Below the pieces are notes generated by a model. The model was not told the origin of the DNA. It ran no database searches and saw only the letters and a list, made by a program, of their open reading frames with translations. Made by a program: the position numbers and the translations under genes. This document shows positions 21,074 through 31,357 of a stretch of 64,000 nucleotides of DNA, piece by piece. This stretch comes from Candidatus Babelota bacterium (GTDB lineage Bacteria > Babelota > Babeliae > Babelales > Vermiphilaceae), in the NCBI GenBank assembly GCA_049325595.1, contig JBMOLF010000010.1:64001-128000 (forward strand), read 5' to 3'. The number at the start of each line of letters is the position of its first letter. Within the stretch, counting starts at the first letter, position 1.

Positions 21074-22378
21074 TTAAAAAAAGTATGAACAACTCATTAA
21101 AAATCGATAATTAGTTACTGGCACACCATTAATAACTTTGCCCGTGTTAGAAATATCGCCATAACTGGCTTGAGTAATTTCTAATTCAACACCTGCTTCA
21201 ATTTGATTAATATGCCACTTGAAGCGAGGAGCAATGCGGAATGCATAATCAATATTTACAAAAAAGCCATAAACTAACAAAACTGGCTGACCATCAATTA
21301 TTGTGCAAGGGATAATGGTTTTGTTTGCGCCCAAATTTTTACTGTAGCCAACAAACAATCCAGGTTGAATTGGTGCGTCATAATAAAAATCTGCACAAAC
21401 AGCAATCGTATTTAAAGGAGTATACGTTCTTTTATCGGTGATAGGATCAATTGAAGTAACGGCATAACCCCCTTGTACCATATAAGGAGCAGCATCTTGC
21501 AGCCAACTAAGTTTTGCAAGCCCACCAAATTTTCCGTAGAGCCATTCACCAAATACTGTCCATGAAACATTAAATTCTTTTTCTACTACTTTTATATCTC
21601 GATCTGTTTTAATGCGTGGTACAAGTCGACGGGTATTTACGCCAGCTCCGACATAATTACACTCATCATTAGGTACTTTAATTTGTACATAAAATTTTGG
21701 TGTCATTGAATTACGCAAAAATAACGAGCTTCGTTCTTCAGGGCCTGTTGGAGAAGTAAGATTAGGACCAAAAGTACGAACTTCATTGCCACCCATCATA
21801 GCCATCATCAGCTCTACTTGTGGGCGATGAAAGATGAGTCTAAATTGTGGATCACGTGCATAAGGTACAAAAGGAACACCGTTGGTATAGGGTATTGTGT
21901 CGATATTATATCCGGGTGTTATAATTGGGTCCCATGTTTGTCCAGCAAGAAAAGAAATATATTCACCATCAATTTTAAAATAACCATGTCGCATACGTGC
22001 TAATAGCATGGTTTCATTAAAGAACTGGCGTCCAAAAAAATCGGTTTCAAGAAAAATAGATGTTTTTGCATTACGAATATCAGGACCATGTATAGTGAGC
22101 CATAGTTTATTTTCTACCGACCACATATTAAATTGGCCGCGATGATTAATATCGCGATCAAATATATCGGGCAATCTTCTTTCAGGATAGAAAAGAAAAT
22201 CCCCTTCACGGTCATTAACAATTTGCCGGGTATCAAAAGCTGCGTCAGTTTTAAAATAACCATTTAGCTCAATACGAGCAGGAAATTTATCAAAATCAAA
22301 ATAAGGATTCGTGTTATATCCATATGCCAATAATTCAAGCAAACCTATCATTACTACTGTGTATTTGAAAATGCGCAT
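21074..22378 (-). CDS. Outer membrane beta-barrel, DcaP-like porin
   Basis: GYFKTD, FLETDFFG, RMRHGYF, LAGQTW, terminal YFF. Confidence 0.75.
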   Translation of the reverse strand: MRIFKYTVVMIGLLELLAYGYNTNPYFDFDKFPARIELNGYFKTDAAFDTRQIVNDREGDFLFYPERRLPDIFDRDINHRGQFNMWSVENKLWLTIHGPDIRNAKTSIFLETDFFGRQFFNETMLLARMRHGYFKIDGEYISFLAGQTWDPIITPGYNIDTIPYTNGVPFVPYARDPQFRLIFHRPQVELMMAMMGGNEVRTFGPNLTSPTGPEERSSLFLRNSMTPKFYVQIKVPNDECNYVGAGVNTRRLVPRIKTDRDIKVVEKEFNVSWTVFGEWLYGKFGGLAKLSWLQDAAPYMVQGGYAVTSIDPITDKRTYTPLNTIAVCADFYYDAPIQPGLFVGYSKNLGANKTIIPCTIIDGQPVLLVYGFFVNIDYAFRIAPRFKWHINQIEAGVELEITQASYGDISNTGKVINGVPVTNYRFLMSCSYFF

Positions 22379-22480
22379 GATATCCTTTTTTGATAAAAAC
22401 TATTGACAGCATTGATTGGCTTTTTCTACCATAAAAAATTTTATTTTACAAGGATCAAAAGCTTACTTGATGAACAATCG

Positions 22481-23032
22481 TTAGGTGTTTAAAAAGCCAT
22501 AGAGTGGCCATGGATGAGAAAAATCTAATTCTGCATCATTTAAAGGTTTGTAATGCGCTAAAAACAAAATATCATTAACTTTGATATTATTTTCACGCAA
22601 TGTTTTTAAGATTGATTCGATTAACATTAATTTGCCAAAAGTGTTACTTTTTTTGCTCAGTGGATTTCTATCAAATGAAATGAGTGCTTGGCTGTCATGA
22701 GCGGTTAATACTACTTGTTCAATAGCTATTTGTTTATCAGTCAGATGTTCCTGTTCAAAAATATCTAATAATTGTTTTACCAATTGTCGTATAACATCTG
22801 CCGTATCATCAGATTGTAAGACAAAACTTTTTTCAGTATGCCAGCTATTGTTATTCCAAAAATGTAAAACAACAGGACATGATTTCTTTTTAAAATGAGT
22901 AAGAGCGTATTCAGATTGTTTGGGTGACATTGAAAAATTAAAAATGATGTAATGATTGTATATAAAAAAAGAGATAAGCCCGATTGGAATAAAAAGCATT
23001 AATGGTAAAAAATATTTGGTATGCATTTTCAT
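22481..23032 (-). CDS. Membrane-anchored GerMN-like protein
   Basis: N-terminal TM, ALISFD, IESILKTL...ILFL pattern; adjacent to amidase. Confidence 0.55.
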   Translation of the reverse strand: MKMHTKYFLPLMLFIPIGLISFFIYNHYIIFNFSMSPKQSEYALTHFKKKSCPVVLHFWNNNSWHTEKSFVLQSDDTADVIRQLVKQLLDIFEQEHLTDKQIAIEQVVLTAHDSQALISFDRNPLSKKSNTFGKLMLIESILKTLRENNIKVNDILFLAHYKPLNDAELDFSHPWPLYGFLNT

Positions 23033-23033
23033 A

Positions 23034-23717
23034 TTAATTAATAGTAATGGTGTTTTTTATTACCGATTCAATACTAAGAACTAAAGCTTGTTTTATCATA
23101 TGCCAGTCTTTTTTTTGAGCTAATCCAATTTCCAAAGCAAAAGCTGGACCGCTAATACCTAGTAATGGTGCAAATGGTAGTGAGATAATATCTTTAACGG
23201 CACAAACACGTTTATAGGAATCATTTTTCATGTGCTGCAAAAAAAAGTTAGCTAATTCTGAAGATTTTTTTTTATTAGCTAAATGTGCTTGATCATATTT
23301 ATACAAGCTTAGATCAGATGTTGGTGTAAAAAAATTATTGCCTAAAGAAAAAGTGTAAATGTACATTTGCGGAATTGGTTTTTTTTCTTCGTAACAATGA
23401 AGACTTATATATAAAAAAGGTGATATTCGATTTGCACATTGTGCATTATGTAATGGTTCTATTATTTCTCCCGGCATTCGTGTGAGTAAAACCGAAACAT
23501 AGGGATTTCGTTCTTCAAGTACCACTTTTAAATATTCGGCAATTTGTAAGGTAATGCCACGTTCAAAGCTATCTTGTATAAGACGACCAGCGTGAGCAGC
23601 ATCTCCAGCAGGATTAATCATGATAATAATGCGTGAAGATTTGCTATAGTTTGAAAACCAATTACTAAAGCTTTGAGTAGTAAAACAACATAATAAAAAA
23701 AATAAGATAATGCGCAT
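23034..23717 (-). CDS. N-acetylmuramoyl-L-alanine amidase (Amidase_3), first Zn ligand altered
   Basis: IMINPAG, ERGITLQIA, VLLTR, YISLH, PAFALEIG. Confidence 0.8.
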   Translation of the reverse strand: MRIILFFLLCCFTTQSFSNWFSNYSKSSRIIIMINPAGDAAHAGRLIQDSFERGITLQIAEYLKVVLEERNPYVSVLLTRMPGEIIEPLHNAQCANRISPFLYISLHCYEEKKPIPQMYIYTFSLGNNFFTPTSDLSLYKYDQAHLANKKKSSELANFFLQHMKNDSYKRVCAVKDIISLPFAPLLGISGPAFALEIGLAQKKDWHMIKQALVLSIESVIKNTITIN

Positions 23718-23787
23718 AATAGAACTTTTCTGCAAGAGATTACGAGCCAAAAGTGTATCATTTTTTTGTGTGCATCACTAGGCTAAT

Positions 23788-25965
23788 TTACCGGCATTGT
23801 AAATCAGTTGTCAGGTATTGTTTTAAAAAAGTAGTGCGAATAGTTTGTTTATTGTTAGTAACAGCCATACCAACTGCTTTTGATTGCCCAATGACAATGC
23901 ATAATTTTTTTGCACGTGTAATGGCTGTGTACAATAAATTACGGGCAAGCAAAGTAAAGTGCTGCATAAACAAACAAATAATTACCGCGCTATATTCTGA
24001 GCCTTGGCTTTTGTGAATAGAAATAGCATAAGCAAGAACTAATTCATCAAGTTCAGTTGATTCATACAGAACCATTTTGTCAACAAAATTCACCGCAATG
24101 GTTCGTTCTGGAGCATTCACTTCTTGTACAATGCCAATATCACCATTAAACACATGTTTATCATAATTATTTTTGATTTGCATTACTCGATCACCCACAC
24201 CAAAACGCGTGCCATGATGGAGCAAAGAAACTGTCGGGTCACTGTTTAAAAATTGTTGTAATGTATTATTGATTGATTGTGTTCCGACAGAGCCACGATT
24301 CATGGGAACAAGTACCATAGCATCATCAGCATCAATGCCGTATGATTTTAATTTTTTTCGATAAATTTCTTGTAAATGATTATTTACTTGTAAAGGGTCA
24401 TCTTCTTTTATAAAGATAAAATCACGTTTTGCGTCAGGCAAAAAAGCTACTGGAAATTCACCATTATTAACGCGGTGAGCATTAACAATAATAAGACTAT
24501 CTTGTGCCTGTCTAAAAATTTCTTTAAGTCGCACGCAGGCAACTTTTTCACTGGCAATGATGTCATTTAAAAAATTACCAGCTCCTACGGAAGGTAATTG
24601 ATCAATATCGCCTATAAATACCACATGGGCATGAAATGGCAATGCTTTAAGAACAGCATGAGCAAGAAAAATATCAATCATAGATGCTTCGTCTATAATC
24701 AAAAAATCAAGCTTAAGAGCATTTTTTTCATGGTGAGTAAAATTACGTGTGGTAAAATCAAATTCAAGCAATCGATGCAATGTTAATGCGGTACGTCCTG
24801 TTCCTTGGGTAATGCGCTTTGCTGCTCTGCCGGTAGGTGCTGCTAGTCGATACTGTAATTTATGTTCATCCAAAATTGAGAGTAATTTTTTAATGAGAGT
24901 TGTTTTACCTGTTCCCGGTCCGCCGGTAATAACACTTATTTTGTGTTGTAGGCATGTTAATATTCCGCGTTGTTGATCGTCGTTGAGATTGATTTTATCG
25001 TTAGCCGTGCGAAGCAGATTATATATTTTATCGATATCAAATGAGTGGAGTGAGGGTTGTTCTTGTAAATTTTTTATTTTTTGTGCAACCCCAAACTCTG
25101 AAAAATAATAAGATGATAAGGTAAGATAATGCTGGTTGTGTGTGCTTATAAGTTTTATTTTTTCTGTTGCATATAAATCGTGTAATGCCAGTTTAGTAGG
25201 ATTTTCAATTTCGCCTAATTCTTTTTCGAGTAATTCGCTTACTTTATCTTTCAAATCATTAAGTTCGACATACAAATGGCCATTAGATAGTTGTGTAGTA
25301 ATGATATGAATAAGGGCAGCTTTTATTCGTTGCGGAGAATTTAAGGGAATACCAATACGCTGTGCCAAGGTATCGGCCATTTTAAAGCCTACACCCCAAA
25401 TATCTTCAGCAATTTTATAGGGATTTTCTTGCAAAATTAAAAATGAATTATGGCGATAGGTTTTATATATTTTTGTAGCAAGCGCTGGCGAAACACCGCG
25501 TTCCTGCAAAAAAATCATAAGTTGAGAAATTTCTTTTTGGTCTTGCCAGGCTTGTACAATACTTTCAATTCGTTTTGTACCAATGCCTTCTACCCGTGCT
25601 AATTTTTCAGGTGTTTTATCAATAACCTCTAGTATGGAAGATCCAAAAGCATTGATTAATTTTTCTGCGTAGGAAGGTCCAATACCTTTAATTAGGCCTG
25701 AACCTAAATATTTTTTTAAGCCAACAAGAGTGGTTGGTAATTGTATTATGGCATGCTGAGCTTCAAATTGTTTACCAAATTTTGGATGATTTACCCACGC
25801 GCCTGTCACCTGTACTTGTTGGCCTTGTGTTATAGTGGGAAGATAGCCGCGAACAATAATGTGGGTATTTGATGAAACTGATAATTGAAAAACATAAAAA
25901 CCTGCTTCTGGTTGACTAAATAGCAGCCGTTCCACAGTACCTGATAATTGTTCTTGGTTATTCAT
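23788..25965 (-). CDS. recD2: ATP-dependent RecD2-type DNA helicase
   Basis: HPKFGKQF, HhH repeats, GGPGTGKTT, APTGRAAKR, DEASM, YAISIHKSQGSE. Confidence 0.97.
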   Translation of the reverse strand: MNNQEQLSGTVERLLFSQPEAGFYVFQLSVSSNTHIIVRGYLPTITQGQQVQVTGAWVNHPKFGKQFEAQHAIIQLPTTLVGLKKYLGSGLIKGIGPSYAEKLINAFGSSILEVIDKTPEKLARVEGIGTKRIESIVQAWQDQKEISQLMIFLQERGVSPALATKIYKTYRHNSFLILQENPYKIAEDIWGVGFKMADTLAQRIGIPLNSPQRIKAALIHIITTQLSNGHLYVELNDLKDKVSELLEKELGEIENPTKLALHDLYATEKIKLISTHNQHYLTLSSYYFSEFGVAQKIKNLQEQPSLHSFDIDKIYNLLRTANDKINLNDDQQRGILTCLQHKISVITGGPGTGKTTLIKKLLSILDEHKLQYRLAAPTGRAAKRITQGTGRTALTLHRLLEFDFTTRNFTHHEKNALKLDFLIIDEASMIDIFLAHAVLKALPFHAHVVFIGDIDQLPSVGAGNFLNDIIASEKVACVRLKEIFRQAQDSLIIVNAHRVNNGEFPVAFLPDAKRDFIFIKEDDPLQVNNHLQEIYRKKLKSYGIDADDAMVLVPMNRGSVGTQSINNTLQQFLNSDPTVSLLHHGTRFGVGDRVMQIKNNYDKHVFNGDIGIVQEVNAPERTIAVNFVDKMVLYESTELDELVLAYAISIHKSQGSEYSAVIICLFMQHFTLLARNLLYTAITRAKKLCIVIGQSKAVGMAVTNNKQTIRTTFLKQYLTTDLQCR

Positions 25966-25968
25966 AAG

Positions 25969-26649
25969 TTAGTAATTTTTTTGTTGTTGTTTTTTTAAAA
26001 AATCTTTAAATGATTCACATGCTTTAGGACAGCTTTTAATGAGAGTTTCTAAAAAGTGAATAAGATCATGTGCAAAAATTTTGAATAATTTTAAATTTGT
26101 TACATTTTGCTCAAAATAGGCAGTTTCTTCACCTTCTTTTGCAGTGCTCCAGTTAAGGATATAACTATCTTCTCTATGTGTTTTTAACGCCCATTCTCTC
26201 ATAAGGACGATCATAGGTTGTTTTGCTCCTTGCGCATCTTCCATTAAGGGCTTTGATTTTTCTAGAAAATCTTTTTTAGCATGTTCTAATACGGTTTTTA
26301 TATTAACCAATTGTACATGTTCTTGCTCAGATAATTTTTGTTGGGCTAATAATTTTTGTTCTAATTCAATTAATTCATCGATGCAGGCTTTACCAGAGCC
26401 AAAATTATACAAACCCGTTACAACACCGTGCTCATTTTTTACGCCATGGAGCATATTTTTAAGACTTTGACGTAAATTCAAAAATTTAAGAATTGCTTGT
26501 ACATCAATGCCTAACGGAAAATTATCAATAATTTTAATAACATCAGAAGATAAAGTTACGTCAGGAAAATCAGGTATGGTTGTATTGATTGAATTGCTTA
26601 GTAATAACGATCCTGCTGTTGCAAGTAATAATAACTGTTTTCTTTTCAT
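25969..26649 (-). CDS. Secreted helical hypothetical protein
   Basis: AGGAG RBS before ATG 26649, signal peptide. Confidence 0.75.
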   Translation of the reverse strand: MKRKQLLLLATAGSLLLSNSINTTIPDFPDVTLSSDVIKIIDNFPLGIDVQAILKFLNLRQSLKNMLHGVKNEHGVVTGLYNFGSGKACIDELIELEQKLLAQQKLSEQEHVQLVNIKTVLEHAKKDFLEKSKPLMEDAQGAKQPMIVLMREWALKTHREDSYILNWSTAKEGEETAYFEQNVTNLKLFKIFAHDLIHFLETLIKSCPKACESFKDFLKKQQQKNY

Positions 26650-26665
26650 TTGTTTTAAACTCCTA

Positions 26666-28303
26666 TTAAAAACATACATCACATTTAAAAGTTGCCATGT
26701 AATCAGGGCCTATTCCTGAAGTTGTCCATGTTGAATCAAGATTTAATGAAAATACCCAAGAACGATTTAATTGTTTATGTTTCCAGAAAAATGAACCATA
26801 TAACTTACTTTGATACACCAAGGGTTTGGTAGCAACTTTTTTGTTAAGAGGAGTTTCTAATTGATCACAAATTTTTATATTGTGCAAGCGTTCTGCTAAT
26901 TTTACATAAGTATCAGTTCCTAATGCAAATCCACCCTTTTTACGCTCATAGGTGAAATTAGATGTTGATCTAAAAATAAACCCGGGATGAACGGTTGCAT
27001 AATATGCATAAGGATATAAACGCTCAGTAAGCTTACGAGTTAAAAAATCAAAATTGCTATTTGCTTGATTGGGATTGGTAAAATCTCTTGTGTCAAATTC
27101 ATTTTCGTCATTACAAGTGATAAAAAAACGTTGTTCTTGCTTTGGAAACAAATATTCGATTGACATAAAACTGTTCCAAGTAAAATGTTTAGTCCACCAC
27201 AAATTAACCCAATTGCGTAAAGGAGTAGCGCTTCTGCTATATACCGCAACACCAAGATGACCGCCATTTCCTATTGGTTCTTCCAAAATCATTGCACCCA
27301 GATTATCAAGTGCGCCGAGTATGAAATTGTAAATTTCAGTTTCCGTAAAATCACCAGCATTTAATGCTTGATTAATAAGATCAAGAAGATTTACCGTAGG
27401 ACGTATAACTGGTGGTTTAAAATTATTCCCTTTTAAACCTTTGGTCATACAAAAAGCACTGGGGATAGTAAAATAAGTACCAATACGTAATTCCCAATCT
27501 CGTTTTTCAATCCATGGCATGTCAATCATAATTCGAGAATCGCCTAACCCAAATTTGTCGCTAATTAAATGAAGATCTTGAAATTGTTCAACCGCATCAT
27601 TGCATACCGATTCAGGTGAAGGGGCTTGGCCACTTATTCGTTTTTGTGCATCAGCAATAGTTTCTTCAATAATATCTTGTTGTGCTTGATCTACAAAATG
27701 ATTGCGTTCTAAATAATACCAGGGAACCATAACCGTAATTTGATACTTATCAACATGTTTAGTCCCATAAAACATTAAACCAAAACGGCGTTCTTCTACC
27801 GTAAAATTTTCAAAAAGAAGCGGAAGTGTACTAAAAAATTCTGGATCAAAATTAGGTAATAGGTCTTTTAATTGAGTAAAAATATTTTCAAGTGCAGAAA
27901 TAAAACCTTCGCCTGTTATATTTAAATAGGAAGAAATATTAGAACTATCTTTATTAAAGAATTTGCGTGCTGTAACATTATAAAAAAGGTCGATACCCAA
28001 GCATCTTTTAGGTTTTTTAAATCGCAAGAACAAGGGGTAATCAAGAAGACTACGAGTATTTAATTTGTTAGTCCTCAGAAAGATAGGTTGTTTAAGAAGA
28101 TTAATTGCCCCAATGTCAAGTAAAAGGGTAATAATATCTTGTTTGTCGGTTTGTCGGGTTATATTTAAGTTAGTTTCTTGATTGAGTAATGCATTTATTT
28201 CAGGGTCATCAAAATCAAAAGGAGCGCTTGTGCTTGTTAGCATGCACGAGTGCGTAGCAACTAGAGCGGTAAAACAAGCAAAAATGAGACAATATAATTT
28301 CAT
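26666..28303 (-). CDS. Secreted hypothetical protein, possible outer membrane beta-barrel
   Basis: Signal peptide, alternating amphipathic strands, terminal Phe. Confidence 0.65.
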   Translation of the reverse strand: MKLYCLIFACFTALVATHSCMLTSTSAPFDFDDPEINALLNQETNLNITRQTDKQDIITLLLDIGAINLLKQPIFLRTNKLNTRSLLDYPLFLRFKKPKRCLGIDLFYNVTARKFFNKDSSNISSYLNITGEGFISALENIFTQLKDLLPNFDPEFFSTLPLLFENFTVEERRFGLMFYGTKHVDKYQITVMVPWYYLERNHFVDQAQQDIIEETIADAQKRISGQAPSPESVCNDAVEQFQDLHLISDKFGLGDSRIMIDMPWIEKRDWELRIGTYFTIPSAFCMTKGLKGNNFKPPVIRPTVNLLDLINQALNAGDFTETEIYNFILGALDNLGAMILEEPIGNGGHLGVAVYSRSATPLRNWVNLWWTKHFTWNSFMSIEYLFPKQEQRFFITCNDENEFDTRDFTNPNQANSNFDFLTRKLTERLYPYAYYATVHPGFIFRSTSNFTYERKKGGFALGTDTYVKLAERLHNIKICDQLETPLNKKVATKPLVYQSKLYGSFFWKHKQLNRSWVFSLNLDSTWTTSGIGPDYMATFKCDVCF

Positions 28304-28540
28304 AGATTACAACACCATACTGGTTATCAGCTTGCACGTTTTCAAATTTACATAGTGAAAATAGAATAATAAAAATAATATCGTTGAATTTTCATTTTAT
28401 CGTAATCGCATTGGTATGACAAATTGTCGCATAATTCATGAGCGGTAATTGATCTATCTGATATACTTTTTGCCAATTTCATATACATGCGGTTAAATTG
28501 GTTAAAAAACAACTTCTTTTTATGAAGGCATATTATTGCA

Positions 28541-29365
28541 TTAGGATTTCAAATAGCCATCAGCTAATTCAATAATAGTTTTATTAAATTTTTCACGTTC
28601 GTCATAAAAAAGACCGTGACCACTTTTTTCAAAGGGAATAAGAGTAGAATTTTTGATTCCTTTATGCATAATTTGTGCAAAATCAAAAGGACAAATTTTG
28701 TCGTGAGTTCCATGCAAGATAGCTGTTGGAATGGTAATTTTTGCCATTTCATTTCGCAAGTCGGTGTCACGTAGTGCTATCATACACATAGCTGTTGCAT
28801 AGGGTGAAGCGTCCATAGCAATTGAGTGGAACCATTGGGAAAGTGCGGACGAAAGAGCATTTGGTGTGACAAAAAAATCCCTACCGAAATTTTCCAATAA
28901 TTGAGCACGGTCTGAATAACAAAGATCAAGCATTTTATTGATAGCTTCTTTAGTAAATCCATAAGGATAATCAGGCCGCTGGGTCCAGATTGGTGCTGCT
29001 GCACCGCATAAAGTGAGCTGAGAAACGTGCTTGCTACCATGACGAGCAACATAATGCATACTAATAGCACCGCCCATTGAGTGCCCTATGAGCATAGCGT
29101 TTTTTATTTTTAATTCTTCAAGCACTTTATGAATGTCATCGGCAAAAATATCGTAATTGTAGTGTCCCCAGGGACGATCAGAGTTACCATAGCCGCGCAT
29201 GTCAATACCAATACAGCGAAACCCATGTTGTGTTAGTTGAGTAAATTGATACTCATAGCAGCGATGATCAAAAGGCCAACCAGGTATAAAGACAAGAGGT
29301 TTTCCCGAGCCCCAGTCTTGAGCGAAAATCTTAATATTTTCTGCAACCGTAATATAATGACTCAT
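28541..29365 (-). CDS. Alpha/beta hydrolase (non-heme haloperoxidase/arylesterase type)
   Basis: DWGSGKPLVFIPGWP, GHSMGG, HGTHD, SGHG. Confidence 0.93.
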   Translation of the reverse strand: MSHYITVAENIKIFAQDWGSGKPLVFIPGWPFDHRCYEYQFTQLTQHGFRCIGIDMRGYGNSDRPWGHYNYDIFADDIHKVLEELKIKNAMLIGHSMGGAISMHYVARHGSKHVSQLTLCGAAAPIWTQRPDYPYGFTKEAINKMLDLCYSDRAQLLENFGRDFFVTPNALSSALSQWFHSIAMDASPYATAMCMIALRDTDLRNEMAKITIPTAILHGTHDKICPFDFAQIMHKGIKNSTLIPFEKSGHGLFYDEREKFNKTIIELADGYLKS

Positions 29366-29665
29366 TACTACTCCCTAAAAAGGATCTATTTTCCAATTTT
29401 TATCTTGTAGTAGTAATGGCATATCCAAAAGTTATTTGTCAAATATTGAACAGGTAAAGCAGAGAATTAAAAAGTTCATTATATGAGAATTGTTGAGATT
29501 TTTTTTAAAAAATACTATAAACATGCTAATTCTGTGCTTTTTTTAGATAAATAGTGCTTGAAAAAAATAAAAAAACTGCGTTACAATTAAAAATAACTAT
29601 TAAAAGAAGAAAAAGTACGAAGCGCTTGAAATCAACTATCCTTAAAAATCTTAGAAAGGCAAGTC

Positions 29666-29923
29666 ATGGTAGATGGTATCTTTTATGCCAAAGCTGCTGC
29701 ATGTATAGGTGCTTCTATTTGTATGGGCATCGGCGTAGTAGGACCTGCATTAGGTCAAGGATTTATTGGTATGAAAGCGTGTGAAAATATAGGTAAATAT
29801 CCAGAAAGTGCGGGTAAAATACGTACCGCAATGTTTTTGAGTATGGGTATTGTTGAGACAGGATTGTTGTGGGCAGGGCTTGTATCGGGCGGGTTGCTTT
29901 ATCTTGCGTATAGTTTTGCATAA
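29666..29923 (+). CDS. atpE: F0 ATP synthase subunit c
   Basis: Hairpin of two TM helices, GPALGQG, conserved Glu in IVETG. Confidence 0.92.
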   Translation: MVDGIFYAKAAACIGASICMGIGVVGPALGQGFIGMKACENIGKYPESAGKIRTAMFLSMGIVETGLLWAGLVSGGLLYLAYSFA

Positions 29924-29941
29924 TACTTTAATGAGTAAACG

Positions 29942-30316
29942 ATGTCTCTTGTTAATTTGACGCTTGGTGTGCAAGCTATTAATTTTTTTTTGGCCTATCT
30001 TATTTTAAAATATTTTCTTTTAAAGCCTGCAATAATGGCCATTCAATCTGAAGATACTCTTCAACAGCACTTGATTGCTAAAGTTCACCAAAGCCATAAA
30101 CGCATTAGTGATAAGCAACGAGAAATACAAGAAAAATGGCAAGAGTGTCAGAAAGAATTTGCCGACAATGCTCCTTTATTAGAAGTCAATCAGTTTGTAA
30201 CCCGGTCAACTACCAAAGCGTTATCATTAGCACCTATAAATGAGCAAGAAGTAATGCACAAAGCTCAAGAAATAGAGCATGAATTGATCAAGAAAGTAGC
30301 GCATGTACGACATTAA
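29942..30316 (+). CDS. F0 subunit b'-like protein
   Basis: NLTLGVQAINFFLAYLILKYFLLKP b-type N-terminus; position in operon. Confidence 0.8.
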   Translation: MSLVNLTLGVQAINFFLAYLILKYFLLKPAIMAIQSEDTLQQHLIAKVHQSHKRISDKQREIQEKWQECQKEFADNAPLLEVNQFVTRSTTKALSLAPINEQEVMHKAQEIEHELIKKVAHVRH

Positions 30317-30809
30317 TTCTCTTATAGCAATACTGTTTAGGATTATTAACTTTTGTTTTTTTGTCGGTATTGCTATTTATTTTTTTAAGAAAAAGGTTCT
30401 TACTGCTACTAAACAAAAAATAAATGAAAATGAGGTATACCAAAAAAGCTTACAAGAGCAAGAGCGTATGCTAGAAAATCAATATTTTCGTTTAGATGAT
30501 CAGTTACGTGCACAAAATGAAAAATGTCATCGTTTATTGTCAAAAGTTACGCTTTGGAAAGTAGCAAGTGATGCTTTGCACGCAAAAAAAAATCAAGAGT
30601 GCCATCGTAATAAAGAGCGTATGGCTGTTCGCAATGATCTTATTCAAACTCTGATTAATAACCAACGATTTGAAAAAGAAGCATTGCAAAAAGCGCTTAG
30701 TAAAACAAAGCAAGATTTGCAAAAAAAATTTTCTGATGAGTCGGTTAGTAGATCATTTATACACGATATTATTATGAATCTTGATAGGAAAACCGATGAC
30801 CGAACGTAA
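30303..30809 (+). CDS. atpF: F0 subunit b
   Basis: FRIINF single TM plus coiled coil; between b' and delta. Confidence 0.75.
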   Translation: MYDINSLIAILFRIINFCFFVGIAIYFFKKKVLTATKQKINENEVYQKSLQEQERMLENQYFRLDDQLRAQNEKCHRLLSKVTLWKVASDALHAKKNQECHRNKERMAVRNDLIQTLINNQRFEKEALQKALSKTKQDLQKKFSDESVSRSFIHDIIMNLDRKTDDRT

Positions 30810-31344
30810 TAATCGGGTTATAGCGCGTCGGTATGCGCAAGCATATTATAATATATTTGGTTCGAGTATTACTTTTGTAGCATTTCAAGCAATTCAATCA
30901 GCTGAACAATTTTTGCATGAACACAAGGAATTTATTTCATGGCTTAAAGTTCCTGCAATGCCAGATGAGGTAAAGCATAAGGTTTTAGTTCAATTATTGT
31001 TAAAAAAATATGCCGGACCTTCTTCACTTGAACAGCTTATTAGGGTGCTCATTCAAGATAATCGTTCTTATTTAATAGGTTTAACGCTTCAAGAAATTGC
31101 AGATATTTACCAAGAGCGAAGTGGATTGCATTTGTTTACCGTTTCCAGCTCACATGCATTATCGCAAGAAGATGTTGCTGTTTTAGAAAATTTTTTAAAG
31201 CAAAAAAAAACGGGAGCAGTATTGTATCGGCAGGTAGTCGATAAAGATCTTATTGCAGGTATATGCATGCAAAGTAACTTAGAATTATGGGAATACTCGG
31301 TACGCAAGGATTTACGTGCTATTGAGTTATCGCTTAAGAAATAG
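30796..31344 (+). CDS. atpH: F1 subunit delta
   Basis: IARRYAQA, VDKDLIAGI motifs. Confidence 0.85.
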   Translation: MTERNNRVIARRYAQAYYNIFGSSITFVAFQAIQSAEQFLHEHKEFISWLKVPAMPDEVKHKVLVQLLLKKYAGPSSLEQLIRVLIQDNRSYLIGLTLQEIADIYQERSGLHLFTVSSSHALSQEDVAVLENFLKQKKTGAVLYRQVVDKDLIAGICMQSNLELWEYSVRKDLRAIELSLKK

Positions 31345-31357
31345 CAAAGGATAGAGC

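Noticed and set aside
28303..28541. Possible ncRNA or small ORF in intergenic gap
   Set aside because: No stable structure or recognisable motif
29554..29784. ORF overlapping atpE
   Set aside because: Alternate-frame overlap, no TM segments, so not atpB or atpI
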